Shown piece after piece: positions 52,014 to 64,000 of a DNA stretch of 64,000 bases. Source of the DNA: Octopus sinensis. Lineage: Eukaryota. The first letter of the stretch is position 1, and every line of letters begins with the position of its first letter. The notes under the pieces are model-generated. The model was given only the letters and a program-made list of their open reading frames with translations, was not told the DNA's origin and did no database searches. The position numbers and the translations under genes are program-made. The stretch is taken from NCBI RefSeq assembly GCF_006345805.1, contig NC_043009.1, forward strand, positions 54,498,001 through 54,562,000, read 5' to 3'.

Positions 52014-52053
<40 letters not shown>

Positions 52054-52205
52054 TAATAATAATAATAATAATAATAATAACACAACAACAATAATTATAA
52101 CAACAGCGATGATGATAATAATAATAATAATAATAATAATAATATAATAATAACAACAACAATATTATAACAACAGCGATGATAATAATAATAGTAATAA
52201 TAATA

Positions 52206-52247
<42 letters not shown>

Positions 52248-52279
52248 TAATAATAATAATAATAATGATGATAATAATA

Positions 52280-52336
<57 letters not shown>

Positions 52337-52380
52337 TAATAATAATAATAACAGCAACAATAACTGTGATAATGATATTA
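51120..52380. repeat. ~1.26-kb (AAT)n-based array with a recurrent ACAACAATAATTATAACAACAGCGATGAT module
   Basis: The module recurs about 8 times, separated by variable (AAT)n runs. Confidence 0.92.
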
Positions 52381-52795
52381 ACTATTACGCCCCAGCCAAA
52401 CCCGTACCATAAAAACTTTTTTATAGATTAAAAAGAGATAAAACCAGAAGAAAATGGCAATTGCACATACATTGGCAAAACTAAACAGTCGCACCTTGAT
52501 ACACACATTTGGCTATAAACGAAGTTTTAATAGTAAATTTATTATCGTAGCTAGTGAGAAAGAATTGCTAGGTATATGTCGGCTCAAAAACTGAAATAAT
52601 GTGAACAATACGTAATGATGGATCGTCTGGTCTGAGCGATACGCCCAGGATCGGGAAAAAAGAGAAGTAATGTACAGCTATAGCTTCATAAACGAAGGCA
52701 ACATTCAAATGCTCAGAGTAGAACTGTTACGAAGAATCCTCGATTGATGTGTGGCACAATGTATTTTCTATGCACTGAAGAAAAGCACACTGTGG

Positions 52796-52975
52796 CGTGT
52801 ATCTGGGTATTAAGAAAGAGGACAGGCTGACTGGTGATGTTGTCTCGCCAAACGCCTGCGAAAGAGTTGCTGCCGAAATATATTGAGAGACGGAATTTGA
52901 AGATTTCAACCAGAGCCGTTGAAAGATACAACTTCACTTGTCAGCCTGTCCTCTGCCTAAATAACCCGATACACG
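52796..52975. other. Inverted repeat / long hairpin
   Basis: Perfect 15-bp IR AGAGGACAGGCTGAC (52817-52831) / GTCAGCCTGTCCTCT (52940-52954), extended by imperfect pairing to ~50-bp arms. Confidence 0.75.
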
Positions 52976-53459
52976 TTACAGTATGCTTTACTACGATCCT
53001 GTATTTATAACTGCACTGAATGCTTGCTTGCTGGGGTTGATCGTGTATTTATCAATAAACGGTAACCGGGTGCGGCATATACATTTACCTATTATATAAA
53101 CATAATAATTTACCCATTATTCAAACATAAACTGAAGTATTCTTATTCACAAAAATAGTTGCAAATGGTTTTCCAGCCGTGACAGTCTCGTCTTTTTAGG
53201 AGTAAAACAAGTCTGAAACAGCTGTAGTGAACATCAGCCCACCTATGTTACTATATGGGGAGAATTCACGAAAAAAACACAAGACGAAGACAGGTGGTGT
53301 AGAAAACAAACTGATGTATTATTATAACGCTCGGGAATTGAAAAAGTTTTTTTACGTTTCGAGCCTACGCTCTTCCACAGAAAGGAACACAGACAAAAAC
53401 AAGGAGAGAAACAAGGAGAGAAAAAAATGTGTGTAGTGGCTACCGATCTATCATGGCGA

Positions 53460-54470
53460 CTATGTTACTATATGTCTGTCTGTCTGTCTGTATGTATGTA
53501 TGTATGTATGTATGTATGTATGTATGTATGTATGTATGTATGTATGTATGTATGCATGTATGTATGTGTATGTATGTATGTATGCATGTATGTATGCATG
53601 TATGTATGCATGTATGTATGCATGTGTGTATGTGTGTATGTATGTATGTATGTATGTATGTGTGTATGTGTGTATGTATGTATTATGTATGTATGTGTGT
53701 ATGTATGTATGTATGTATGTGTGTGTGTATGTATGTATGTATGCATGTATGTATGTATGTATGTATGTATGCATGTATGTTTGTATGTATGTATGTATGT
53801 ATGCATGTATGTATGTATGTATGTATGTATGCATGCATGTATGTATGTATGTATGTTTGTGCCTGTGTGCCTATGTGCCTTTCTGAATGTATCTATTTGC
53901 GTGTGTCTCTGTGCGGTTCTTGTATGCCAGTGTTTCACTTTGACCTTCCTATACTTGCGTTTGACGTACACATTTTGCATTTGCTGCTATTGATGCTGTT
54001 GCTGTTGTTGTTGTTGTTGTTGTTGTTGTGTTGTGTTGTTGTTGTTGTTTTATTTGAGATGGTAATTAGTGATAGCATTTACAGCTGCCTCTCATATATT
54101 GACCATTTCAAGTTTGACATATTCCTATCATAGCTCACCCACACGCACGAACGTGCACACACGTATGTATGTACGTATGTATACATATATGTGCACTTAG
54201 ACATGTAAGTGCATGTACATACGTATGTGTATGTACGTATATATATATATGTGTATGTGTGTATGTGTGTATGTGTGTATGTGTGTATGTGTATATATAT
54301 GTATGCATTTATGTATGCATGTATGTATGCATGCATGCAGGTATACATGCAAGGCTTTCTCAGGTTTATTGCCTCTGTCCTCTCTCTCTCCCTCTCTCTC
54401 TCCTTCCTCACTCTCTCTCTCCCTCTCTCTCTCTCCCTCCTCACTCTCTTTCCCTCTCTCTCTCTCTCTA
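53460..54470. repeat. (GTAT)n/(GCAT)n/(TG)n/(CT)n microsatellite cluster
   Basis: Directly visible. Confidence 0.95.
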
Positions 54471-54921
54471 CTACATGATTGATGTAGATACGTCACGTAT
54501 TTGGTACACATACAAAATCACACACGCACAACACACAGACACACACTGAAATGCAGTGCACGTTCAATACATCAAACATGGCTTGACTGCATCCGCACCA
54601 TTCACTAACATATAGTAAATCTAGCACGACACATGCATACAGGCTGCAACTACACAATCGGACGCACATAAGCACACACATAACAAACAATAATGCATCA
54701 TATACAAAATATGCACTCCATACGCAATATGAAGCGCAGCAAGTACACATTCACACTCATACTCACACAAACACCTTGTTTATAGATACATCGATACTGT
54801 AAACAGCGTACATACGTAGCTAGATATATGCAGCAGCAAGATGCAAAGCTTGTGGCATACATACACTCACATATACACTCATATGTATATACATGTGTGT
54901 GCATGCGTGTGCGCGTGTTTG

Positions 54922-54956
<35 letters not shown>

Positions 54957-55139
54957 GCTATTTCATGGTAAATTTGTAAATAAATATATATTATTTCAAA
55001 AATAAATCTGTAAATATATAGATTCGTTTAGATAGAGCTAGATAGAAATATATATACATACATATACACGCACACACATACACAGACATATATATATTAA
55101 GTTTGGATTAATATTCCCTCAATTAATTATTATATATGC

Positions 55140-55171
<32 letters not shown>

Positions 55172-55208
55172 CATATAAGTATATATGTATATATATCTGC
55201 ATATATAT

Positions 55209-55273
<65 letters not shown>

Positions 55274-55654
55274 ATATATATATACATATATATATATATG
55301 CGCCCACTCACAAATCTCTATATTTACAGATTTATCTTTGAGATAATAAAGTGCTAATTAATTGATAATCAACGAGAACAAATTAATATGGTCTGTTAAT
55401 AAAAAAATAAACTTGCTCCCGAAAGACCGAATGACTCTTGAAGTCAACATCAGAAATGTTTTTGGGGCCTATCTAAAATCATCTCGGATTAATTTTTTTT
55501 TATTTCAGTGTTATTGAACTTCAGTGCAACTTACTGCACTGAAGAATATATTAATGCACTTATGGAACTTTCATTTGCCATAATTAACCTGTATTAATTG
55601 AAAATTACAATACTATAATGCAGCTCATGATTCTAATATATTTTTTGCCATAAG

Positions 55655-56045
55655 TTGGCGAGCAGGCAGAGTGGTTAGCATGCCAATCAAAATGTGTAGC
55701 GCCATTTCGTCCCACTTTAAGTTGTTCTTTCGTTCCTTCTCGAGCCACGCTTGGCTCATAACGGCCGGTTTCCCGGTTTCCTGGTTTCCTTGGCGTATAG
55801 GTTCCCCACTTGGAACGGCACGCCGGTCCGTCGCAGGTGAGCTGCAAGATGCAGGAGGAAAGAATAAGAGAAAGTTGTGGCGAAAGAGTCAGCAGAAGTT
55901 TGCCATCCCACTTTACGTACTGAGTTCAAATTCCGCCGTGGTAGACTTTGCCTTTCATCATTCCGTACTCAATAAAATAAGAAACATTTGAGTACTGGGC
56001 TCAATATAATCCACTTTCTTCCTCCGTCGAAACTGCTGACCTTAG
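55655..56045 (+). mobile_element. SINE family 1 interrupted by an antisense 5'-truncated SINE family 3-like 3' half (55720-55905)
   Basis: 10-bp TSD TCCCACTTTA at 55710-55719 and 55906-55915; the host SINE resumes with GAGTTCAAATTCCG. Confidence 0.85.
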
Positions 56046-56185
56046 GCCAAATTCGAAACCTATATTCTTACTCTGCTATAAATTTCTACTCGAGGATTGT
56101 ACGTGAAGATTGCAAAGAAGGAAGAGGGCTGGATGGTTTTTGTTTCAATTAATTTAAAAGATAATGAACAATTCAGTAAATTGTC

Positions 56186-56345
56186 AGAAGGAGTGGCTGT
56201 GTGGTAAGTAGCTTGCTTACCAACCACATGGTTCCGGGTTCAGTCCCACTGCGTGGCACCTTGGGCAAGTGTCTTCTACTATAGCCTCGGGCCGACCAAA
56301 GCCTTGTGAGTGGATTTGGTAGACGGAAACTGAAAGAAGCCCGTC

Positions 56346-56413
<68 letters not shown>

Positions 56414-56637
56414 GTATGTGTGTGTGTATACGTTTGTATGTCTGTGTTTGTCCCTCCAACATCGCTTGACAACCAATGCTGGTGTTTTACGTCCCCGTAA
56501 CTTAACAGATCAGCAAAAGAGACCGATAGGATAAGTATTAGGCTTACAAAGAATAAGTCCCCGGGGTCGATTTGCTCGACTAAAGGCAGTGCTCCAGCAT
56601 GGCCACAGTCAAATGACTGAAATAAGTAAAAGAGTAA
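56186..56637 (+). mobile_element. SINE family 2, full length
   Basis: Close match to 21362-21795. Confidence 0.9.
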
Positions 56638-56647
56638 ACTAGTGTAA

Positions 56648-56865
56648 GGTGGCGAGCTGGCAGAAACTTTATCGAGCTGGACAAATTGTTTAGCTCTCTA
56701 GTTTCTGAGATCCGAGATCCATTTTACCTTTCATCTTTTTGAGGATGAAAGGCAAAGGTCGATGAAATAATTACCAGTCAAGTACTGAGATCGATATAAT
56801 CGACTAATCCCCCCCACCACCACCACCACTAAAATGGCTGGGCTTGTGCCAAAACTTTAAACTAT
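56648..56865 (+). mobile_element. SINE family 1, diverged
   Basis: GGTGGCGAGCTGGCAGAAAC…GGTCGATGAAATAA…GATCGATATAATCGAC. Confidence 0.75.
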
Positions 56866-57899
56866 TATTAAGTTAATGTTTGAAGCATAAACTAACACGA
56901 AATTTTGTTGGAAAGTTTTAATTTACATTACTTTAAAAGACTTTAAGAGACATTGTTGATATCACAGAACCAATGGTGGTCTCAGGCGGGTCGGTATCAA
57001 AGGGTTATATGTGTTGAGCTATCAGACATTTTTCATTAAGTCAGTTATCTCAAAAACGTTATTTGTTTGCTCTGTGCAATCAAATCTGCTTTTGTTTATT
57101 AATCGGTCGTCTGCTTCAGCGAGTGTTAATAAACGCTTAGTTCCATTGGTGGAAATAACAACGAAAAAGACTTAATATTCAGTGAAATTAATAGATCTCA
57201 CAGTATGTAGCCTATATTCGTTTTCAATACGCCGTCGTTGAATATTTGCAATAAAAGAATCATAGTATCGTGTATGACGTTGGCTTGCAATGGGTCACTG
57301 GTGAATCGCTGCGTTTGTGACAAAAGCACATATAACACTATGGTACAATCCAGCTACCTCGCAAATCTACCAATGAAGGAACATCTACATGATCATTCGG
57401 CCTAACAGAATTAGCAGCCAAATCTCCTTTAGATTACAATTTACTTTCTTTAAAAAGGAATGACATTGAATAATGTAACGATTAAGCCTGAGGAAACTCG
57501 TGAAGGGTTTTTCTCTGTTTTTTTTTTTTTAAGTCAATAATGTGTTAAATATTGATATTTACCGCAAGGAATTTAATGTCTACAGTTCGGAGTTTTATTC
57601 TTCATCAAAGAGTAAACTTCCCATACATCACAGCAGCTTACCGAACTTACCAACGTTCTACGCACTCTCCACATTAGATAATTTTCTGACATAAGGAAAG
57701 TGGGGCGGCTCATGGTCAGAACAAAGTCTAGCGTCTAAATCTGTTTCATTATTGCTGGCGTGAGAACAACTGCAATCATCAAATCTCTATTTGCTCATAT
57801 TTCTCTATTTATAGCAAAACATTTCCGCCACCTTGTACGGGATCGGTCTATACTCTCAGCTTTAAAATACTGCGGTTGAAATACAATGAGTAAATTTCT

Positions 57900-59470
57900 A
57901 GTTTCTTATCTATGCTCTACAGTTCACTTCACTTCTTTCTGGCTTATTACATTGAAACGGTAGTTCATGTCTGGGATTGTCTAATCTATGTTTACCCATA
58001 ATAATATTTATTGCATTGATTTCGATGTGCTTAATATAAGTCTAAAAATATAAGTCATCGATTAACATTATTATTCTCTCACCAATTATTTGATCCTTCT
58101 TCTTCAATATTTTTAATATCCCAAGTATTAAATGTTTTCGTCCATGTGACTATTGATATTTTTCGCCGATTTTTCTGCTGCAAAACTTCTCCAATTTTCC
58201 CTTTCAATTTTATATGGTTTATCGAACTAGTTCCATACACCTTTTAGTACTTTCATGTGTAATTTTGTTCTTATTCCCAAACTTTTTATGCCTAATGTAG
58301 CTTCATAAACATAACATTTTAGGTTTTAGTTAATTGGTTTCTTCTTAAAGAAATTTCGGTACATTTTTTCTCTTTAATCCATGTTTATGCACATACCTCT
58401 GGTTAATCGCTGTTTTTCAGTTCTTGTATATAATTTTAAATCATCCACATAAAGAACGGAAGACTTTGAGTGTTTTTTTTCTATTGCATTTCTAACCATT
58501 AAGCTTGCTTCAACAGATTTTTTTCATGGATTCAAAGCTAAATAAAAGAACAAAATGAATATATTTTCTCTGAAACATTCCTCTTATTTTTCAGATCAGG
58601 TCATTTATAATTTTTAGTTTATCTCTTTTTTTATTGATGTTTTTCTTATTGACATGATGTGGTTTATGTACAGCCTTAGTATTAAGGCCGCAATGTTTAT
58701 ATTTATTATCTCAAATACCCAGGAATATTGTGTGCCGATGAATGCTTTTCAGCAATAAATCTATTCTATGCTTGGCTTGTTGTGTTCCTTTTCTATTGTT
58801 TTCAATAACTTGCACGGTTCACCAACATTATTTTCTTTACATCTACACAATCATTTCAGCACCCCTTCTACTCCTCTGGTAAGATATTATTATCTTCCAG
58901 ATGAAAAGCCAGCCTGTTAGAAAGTATAGATGCTGGAGTTTTATATATTGTTACCAAGCAAGTTATCGTTGTGTAATTTGGGAAAGCATGTGAGAGTTTT
59001 GGTTTTAGAAATTAATGTTTATCCTCCTCTAATAACATATGAGGTGTTGGTTCTGCTCTCTATAGCAATTCACTGAATACATCATGCATACCTATAATAT
59101 CGGTCGCGTATTTTAACCAAGAATTAGGGGCTCTATGAATACCAGTCGCTTTTCAACTAATAAGCAGTCTTCGTACTTTCGATAAATTCTTCATTTGTTA
59201 TGCTGGGCCATACTTATTATATATTACATGTTTCGTTTCCTCTCCATTTGTTATCCAAGATCTATATTTATTGTGTTATACAGCATGTTCTGTGTGCTCT
59301 TATGGTGCAATACGTTTGCTATTGTTGTGGGTGTTACGTCCGGTCTAACATTTTTTCTCGGGTTCACTGAAGACGTTTTTCATTTGTTTTTCCTTGGTTA
59401 CTTTTTTTATTTTTGAAACGGAGGATTATAACGGTTCTCACTCGACATGTCTTTATCAAGAGCAAATTAC
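57900..59470 (-). mobile_element. Highly decayed R4/Dong-like RT remnant
   Basis: Manual translation finds LYVDDLKLYTR, WKATG…NSWLK and a disrupted A.ID..KAF motif in the expected order; boundaries are approximate. Confidence 0.55.
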
Positions 59471-59999
59471 ATTAACTTATGTTTCACTTGAGGAATTCCC
59501 TCTCAACTGTAAAGATTATATTCTCTAAATAATTTGTTTATTTTTAGTCGTTGTTGTTTTTTTTGTTTGTTTGTTTGTTTTTTACTTTTTAGTATTAGAA
59601 TAGTCCATTTCAATGAATAAGGACTGATCCTTTCTCATACTTGTATAGAATATTTGCTTCCCACTCAATTGTGTGATGTAGGTTCTTAGAAAAGATTACT
59701 GGAAGTAACGGTGTAACAGAACCGTCGTTAGTGAGTAAGACAAAATATCTAGCCGTATTTAGGCACGGTTCTTAGATTCTGAGTTCAATTTCTAGCAAAA
59801 ACAACTTTTCTTTCATATTTCCGTCCAAACAGATTTTTGATCAAAGACATTCCAGACTTATTCCATCAACCTCTTTTGCCGAACCACAAAGTTACGGGAG
59901 ATAAGCACATCAACAGCGGTTGTTAAACAATGATCAAGGACAAACAGACACGAAGATACGCTCACCTAGTTACGTATGAATATATATATATATGTGTGT

Positions 60000-60030
<31 letters not shown>

Positions 60031-60067
60031 AATGTGTTGGAAATTCCATGACACAGTTATAATATTT

Positions 60068-60356
60068 GGAGAGAAGATTCTTTTCTCAAAGAGTTGAGAT
60101 TGAGAAATGAACCATTTTAGAAAGTCGAAAGACACTAACCTTTGGGAAGAGATTTCACAAAATGTCTGTAGGCTTTGCGTTTATAAATGTGCAACCGCTT
60201 TCAGTTTGAAAACGCTTGAAAACGTTATGAACTGAAAACGCTTGCACATTTACAAAAGCAAAGCCTACACACATTTTGTGAAATCTCTTCCCGAAGGTTA
60301 GTGTCTTTCGACTTTCTAAAAAGGTTCTTTTCTCTTTGTGAAGAAATATTCTCTCC
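60068..60356. mobile_element. ~290-bp near-perfect foldback (MITE-like)
   Basis: 60068-60206 pairs with 60230-60356 (e.g. TTTTAGAAAGTCGAAAGACACTAACCT and GGGAAGAGATTTCACAAAATGT); loop ~23 nt. Confidence 0.85.
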
Positions 60357-60595
60357 ATATATATATATATATATAACACTGTTTACACGACTCTCTGCTT
60401 GGAATGACCAATTATAGATACCATTGGAACTCACACACGAGGAACAGGAATCTTATATGTATACCATTCTGCTTAAATAATGGAACTGCCGGTACAATAT
60501 CCTTACGTATCTTACGTCCGTTTTCATTCCACCACTTCACTCTGTATTTCATATCTTCTCTAGAATAACTATTGCTTAACCATTATCTCACACCG

Positions 60596-60643
60596 TCTAT
60601 GATGAAGGGATATATAAAAAATCTCCCGGAAACAGCTGTAAGA
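60596..60643 (+). ncRNA. Minimal type I hammerhead motif (family b), C3>A core variant
   Basis: GUCU AUGAUGA A GGGA[13 nt]UCCC G GAA ACAGCUGU A^AGAC; the flanks are homologous to 38897-39040. Confidence 0.65.
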
Positions 60644-60703
60644 CCTTCTCTTTATAAATGTTCTGAAATCTTTCTCAGCCTTGGATTTTTTATCTCATTC
60701 TGT

Positions 60704-60743
<40 letters not shown>

Positions 60744-60885
60744 GAAAGAATGGAGTCGAACGAAGATTTAAACAAAATTCCTTTACTCTCGACACATGTT
60801 TCGAAGACGGCATACTTTTATTCCGAAGGAATAAATGGTGCATTATGCTAAGATAATTCATTCACCTACTTATATATATTATATA

Positions 60886-60925
<40 letters not shown>

Positions 60926-60927
<2 letters not shown>

Positions 60928-61086
60928 CGGGCTTCTTTCAATATCTGTCTACCAAAATCACTCACAATATTTTGGTCGGCCCGAAACTACAGTAGAAGAC
61001 CTTGCCCAAGGTGCCGCGCAGTGGGACTGAATCTGAAACCATATTATTAGAAAACAAACTCGTTACCCCACAGGTACGTCTGCGCT
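60926..61086 (-). mobile_element. SINE family 2, 5' half
   Basis: Reverse complement contains CAGTCCCACTGCGCGGCACCTTGGGCAAG…GAAAGAAGCCCGTC. Confidence 0.8.
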
Positions 61087-62133
61087 TGACTGAAATAATA
61101 TCTTTACGAACGGTGAATCTCGAAGGAAATAAAGCTAAAAGTAATAGCGTGTAAATATTGGCTTAACAACCTTTAGGGCTAAGAAAGAGTTGTATGTATG
61201 TATGTATGTATGTATGTATGTATGTATGTATGTATGTATGTATGTATGTGTGTGTGTGTGTGTTTTGTATGTATGTATGTATGTATGTATGTATATGTAT
61301 GTATGTATGTATGTATGTCTCTTCTGTTTTTAATCAATTCAGTTCTTCCCCTGAAAAGGACCTGGTTTCTAAAAATAATTCAAAGCTCCATCACTTTAAA
61401 CCTGAGGAAAGTCTTGCATAGTTTTATTGCCCAGCTTACAATATGTATTTTTGATGTACAGAAGCGTTGATTGATTTCTTTTTCTAAAAAATCCAAACTT
61501 ATTCAGACTGACAGGTAGGCATTAATTACAAAACCACGTGCTCCAATTATTATTCGTAAAAATATAAATTTGTAATCTGGATAAAGAAGCTGGATGTTTC
61601 GAAGCAGTTGTCCATAGTTATCTTCTGTCTCTTTGATTTTCAAAGAGACATTCACACCAGGAGGGCAGAACAGCTGACCTCTATGTGTGTTAGTATGTAT
61701 GTATATATTTACGTATGTATATATGTATGTATGTAAGTGTGCGTATCATTGTTTGAGTACACCGGCTGAGATATTTACACCCTAAGTACCTCTTTTACAA
61801 TGGACGCACCTCAAAGTAAGCTCATTCATTAGAGTAAAGAACGGCAAAATTAACACCAGGCTAATTACTATCAATATAATTAACAAAAAAGAAATTCTTA
61901 ATGACTGTACTCCAGCATGAACAAATGTTCAATGACTGAAACCTATAAAAAAGAACAAAGATTAAGAGAATAAAAGATTAAGAGAATTATATAATGTCTG
62001 CCACGTTTTCATGTTCTAGTCTTTCCAATTTCCAGACAAACGCCATTAAGAAAACACAATTGCTTGTTTGCAGCATACAATTAATATTTGAAAACAAAAT
62101 AAATTGTTTTGATATTATTATTATTACTATTAC

Positions 62134-62187
<54 letters not shown>

Positions 62188-62834
62188 CATCATCATCATC
62201 ATCGTCATCATCTTTTTCATCTTTTTTATCTTCTTTTTCTTCTTCTGCATCTTCATCCTCATTATCACCTTCTCTCCTCCTCTTCTTCCTCCTCCTAATC
62301 CTCCTTCTTCTTCTTCCGTTTCATCATCATCATCTTCCTCTACTCCTACTATTGCTATTTTATCACATTTTTCATTCGTTGATTCTCTTTTCTGTATATT
62401 TCCATACATTTTTTTTTCGTTATTTCTATTATATTTTTGTGCATTTTGCTACTTTTACATTTTCTCTTTTTTCTTTCTTTTGTTCTTCCTCTAAAATTAT
62501 TTTCCTTCACTTTTTTTCTTTTTCCTTTATTGCTTTCAGTTTTTTTTTTCTTTTTTTTTTTTCTAATGTATTTCATTTGGTACTAATGTTGTTTAATATT
62601 TCCAATTACGTGTTGCGAGTGAGTGGCAGGATTAGTTCTAAGCAGGAATGTCTCTTCTATTGATTTGCTGTAACATCTTGTCATAATAGCCTACTGTGCA
62701 ATTCTAAATCTATGTAGACCAGAAGCAAGAAAGACTTCTACGTTTTTAATATCGTTTATGTTTTCGTGTTCACATGTACATAAGCATGTATATAAGTAAA
62801 AGTATACACGTATACATACATATGTGTATATGTG

Positions 62835-62879
<45 letters not shown>

Positions 62880-63063
62880 GCACGTACATACGTATAAATG
62901 TGTCTGTCTGGGCGTGTATTCATATATACATATATATACACACATATATACATATATTAGTGTGTGTGTGTGAGTATATATATATATATGTGCATAAATG
63001 TATGTACATACATATATATGCATATATATATGTGATGTTAGTGTGTACGTGTGTGTGTGTGTG

Positions 63064-63470
63064 TGTGGCTGAGGGGTAAGAAGTTTCCTTCCCAATCACA
63101 TGGTTCCGGATTCAGTCCTACTGCAGGGCACCTTGAGCCAGTGTCTTCTACTATATCCTCCGGCCGACCAAGGCTTTGAGAGTGGATTTAGTAGATGGAA
63201 ACTGAAAGAAGCCCGTCATATGTGTGTGAGTGTGGGTGTGTATATTTGTATGTATGTGTGTGTATTTGCTAGTTTGTCCCGCCACCATCGCTTGACAACC
63301 GATTCTGGTGTGTTTACGGTCCAGTAACTTAGCGGTTCGGCATATGAGACCGATATAATAAGTACTAGGCTTACAAAGAATAATTCCTGCCATCGATTTG
63401 TTCGACTAAAGGTGGTGCTCCAGCATGGTCACCGTCAAATGACTGAAACAAATAAAAGAGTAAAAGAATA
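63064..63470 (+). mobile_element. SINE family 2
   Basis: Same motif order as 21362-21795; a second 3' fragment lies at about 63556-63675. Confidence 0.88.
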
Positions 63471-63758
63471 TGTAAATATATATATATGTGTGTGTTCAAA
63501 CATATATATGTATACACACACACATACATACATACATATATATTTATATATAGCAGTTCAGCAAAAATAACGATAGAATAAGTACTAGGCTTACTAAAAA
63601 GAATAATTCGATTTGTTCAACTAAGGTGGTGCTCCAGCATAGCCGCTGTCAAATGACTGAAACAAATAAAAGAATAATAGAACAAAAGAATAAGTAAATA
63701 TATAGATAGATAGATAGATAGATAGATACATACATACATACATACATACATACATACA

Positions 63759-63791
<33 letters not shown>

Positions 63792-63792
63792 G

Positions 63793-64000
63793 TTTCTTTA
63801 TTATCCACAAGGGGCTAAACACAGAGGGGACAAACAAGGACAGACAAACGGATTAAGTCGATTACATTGACCCCAGTGCGTAACTGGTACTTAATTTATC
63901 GACCCCGAAAGGATGAAAGGCAAAGTCGACCTCGGCGGAATTTGAACTCATAACGTGACGGCAGACGAAATACGGCTACGCATTTCGCCCGGCGTGCTAA
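63793..64000 (-). mobile_element. SINE family 1, cut by the window end
   Basis: Near-identical to 37940-38170. Confidence 0.92.

Noticed and set aside
53165-53228. Possible additional hammerhead (GAAACAGCTGTA with upstream CCGTGA)
   Set aside because: The helix III palindrome matches family b, but the 5' core and helices I and II cannot be formed convincingly.

Overview
Eukaryotic, AT-rich, repeat-dominated genomic DNA with no recognisable host protein-coding gene. It is most likely cephalopod (Octopus-like); this is inferred from the tRNA-derived SINE families and very high microsatellite load, not verified by search. (1) 1-14.8 kb: a composite satellite of alternating 9-bp (GGAATGTCW) and 22-bp (TTTGATCTCTGTCGGCACYCTC) blocks with variable higher-order modules. 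(2) 15-64 kb: microsatellites, at least three SINE families, a Helitron, a mariner MITE, a decayed Tc1, foldback elements, six R4/Dong-clade LINE pieces mostly embedded in (AAT)n, an RTE-type endonuclease remnant, and a Penelope-like RT with an inverted partial copy. Almost all listed ORFs are simple-repeat artefacts. The main discovery is a set of type I hammerhead ribozyme (HHR) motifs from four different sequence families, found by eye. The best lies at 36.2-36.9 kb: two ~300-bp direct repeats between (TA)n tracts, each with an intact canonical HHR core, with predicted cleavage sites 454 nt apart. This is a retrozyme-like architecture predicted to release a self-cleaved, possibly circular, RNA, and candidate Penelope-like helper machinery lies in the same window.
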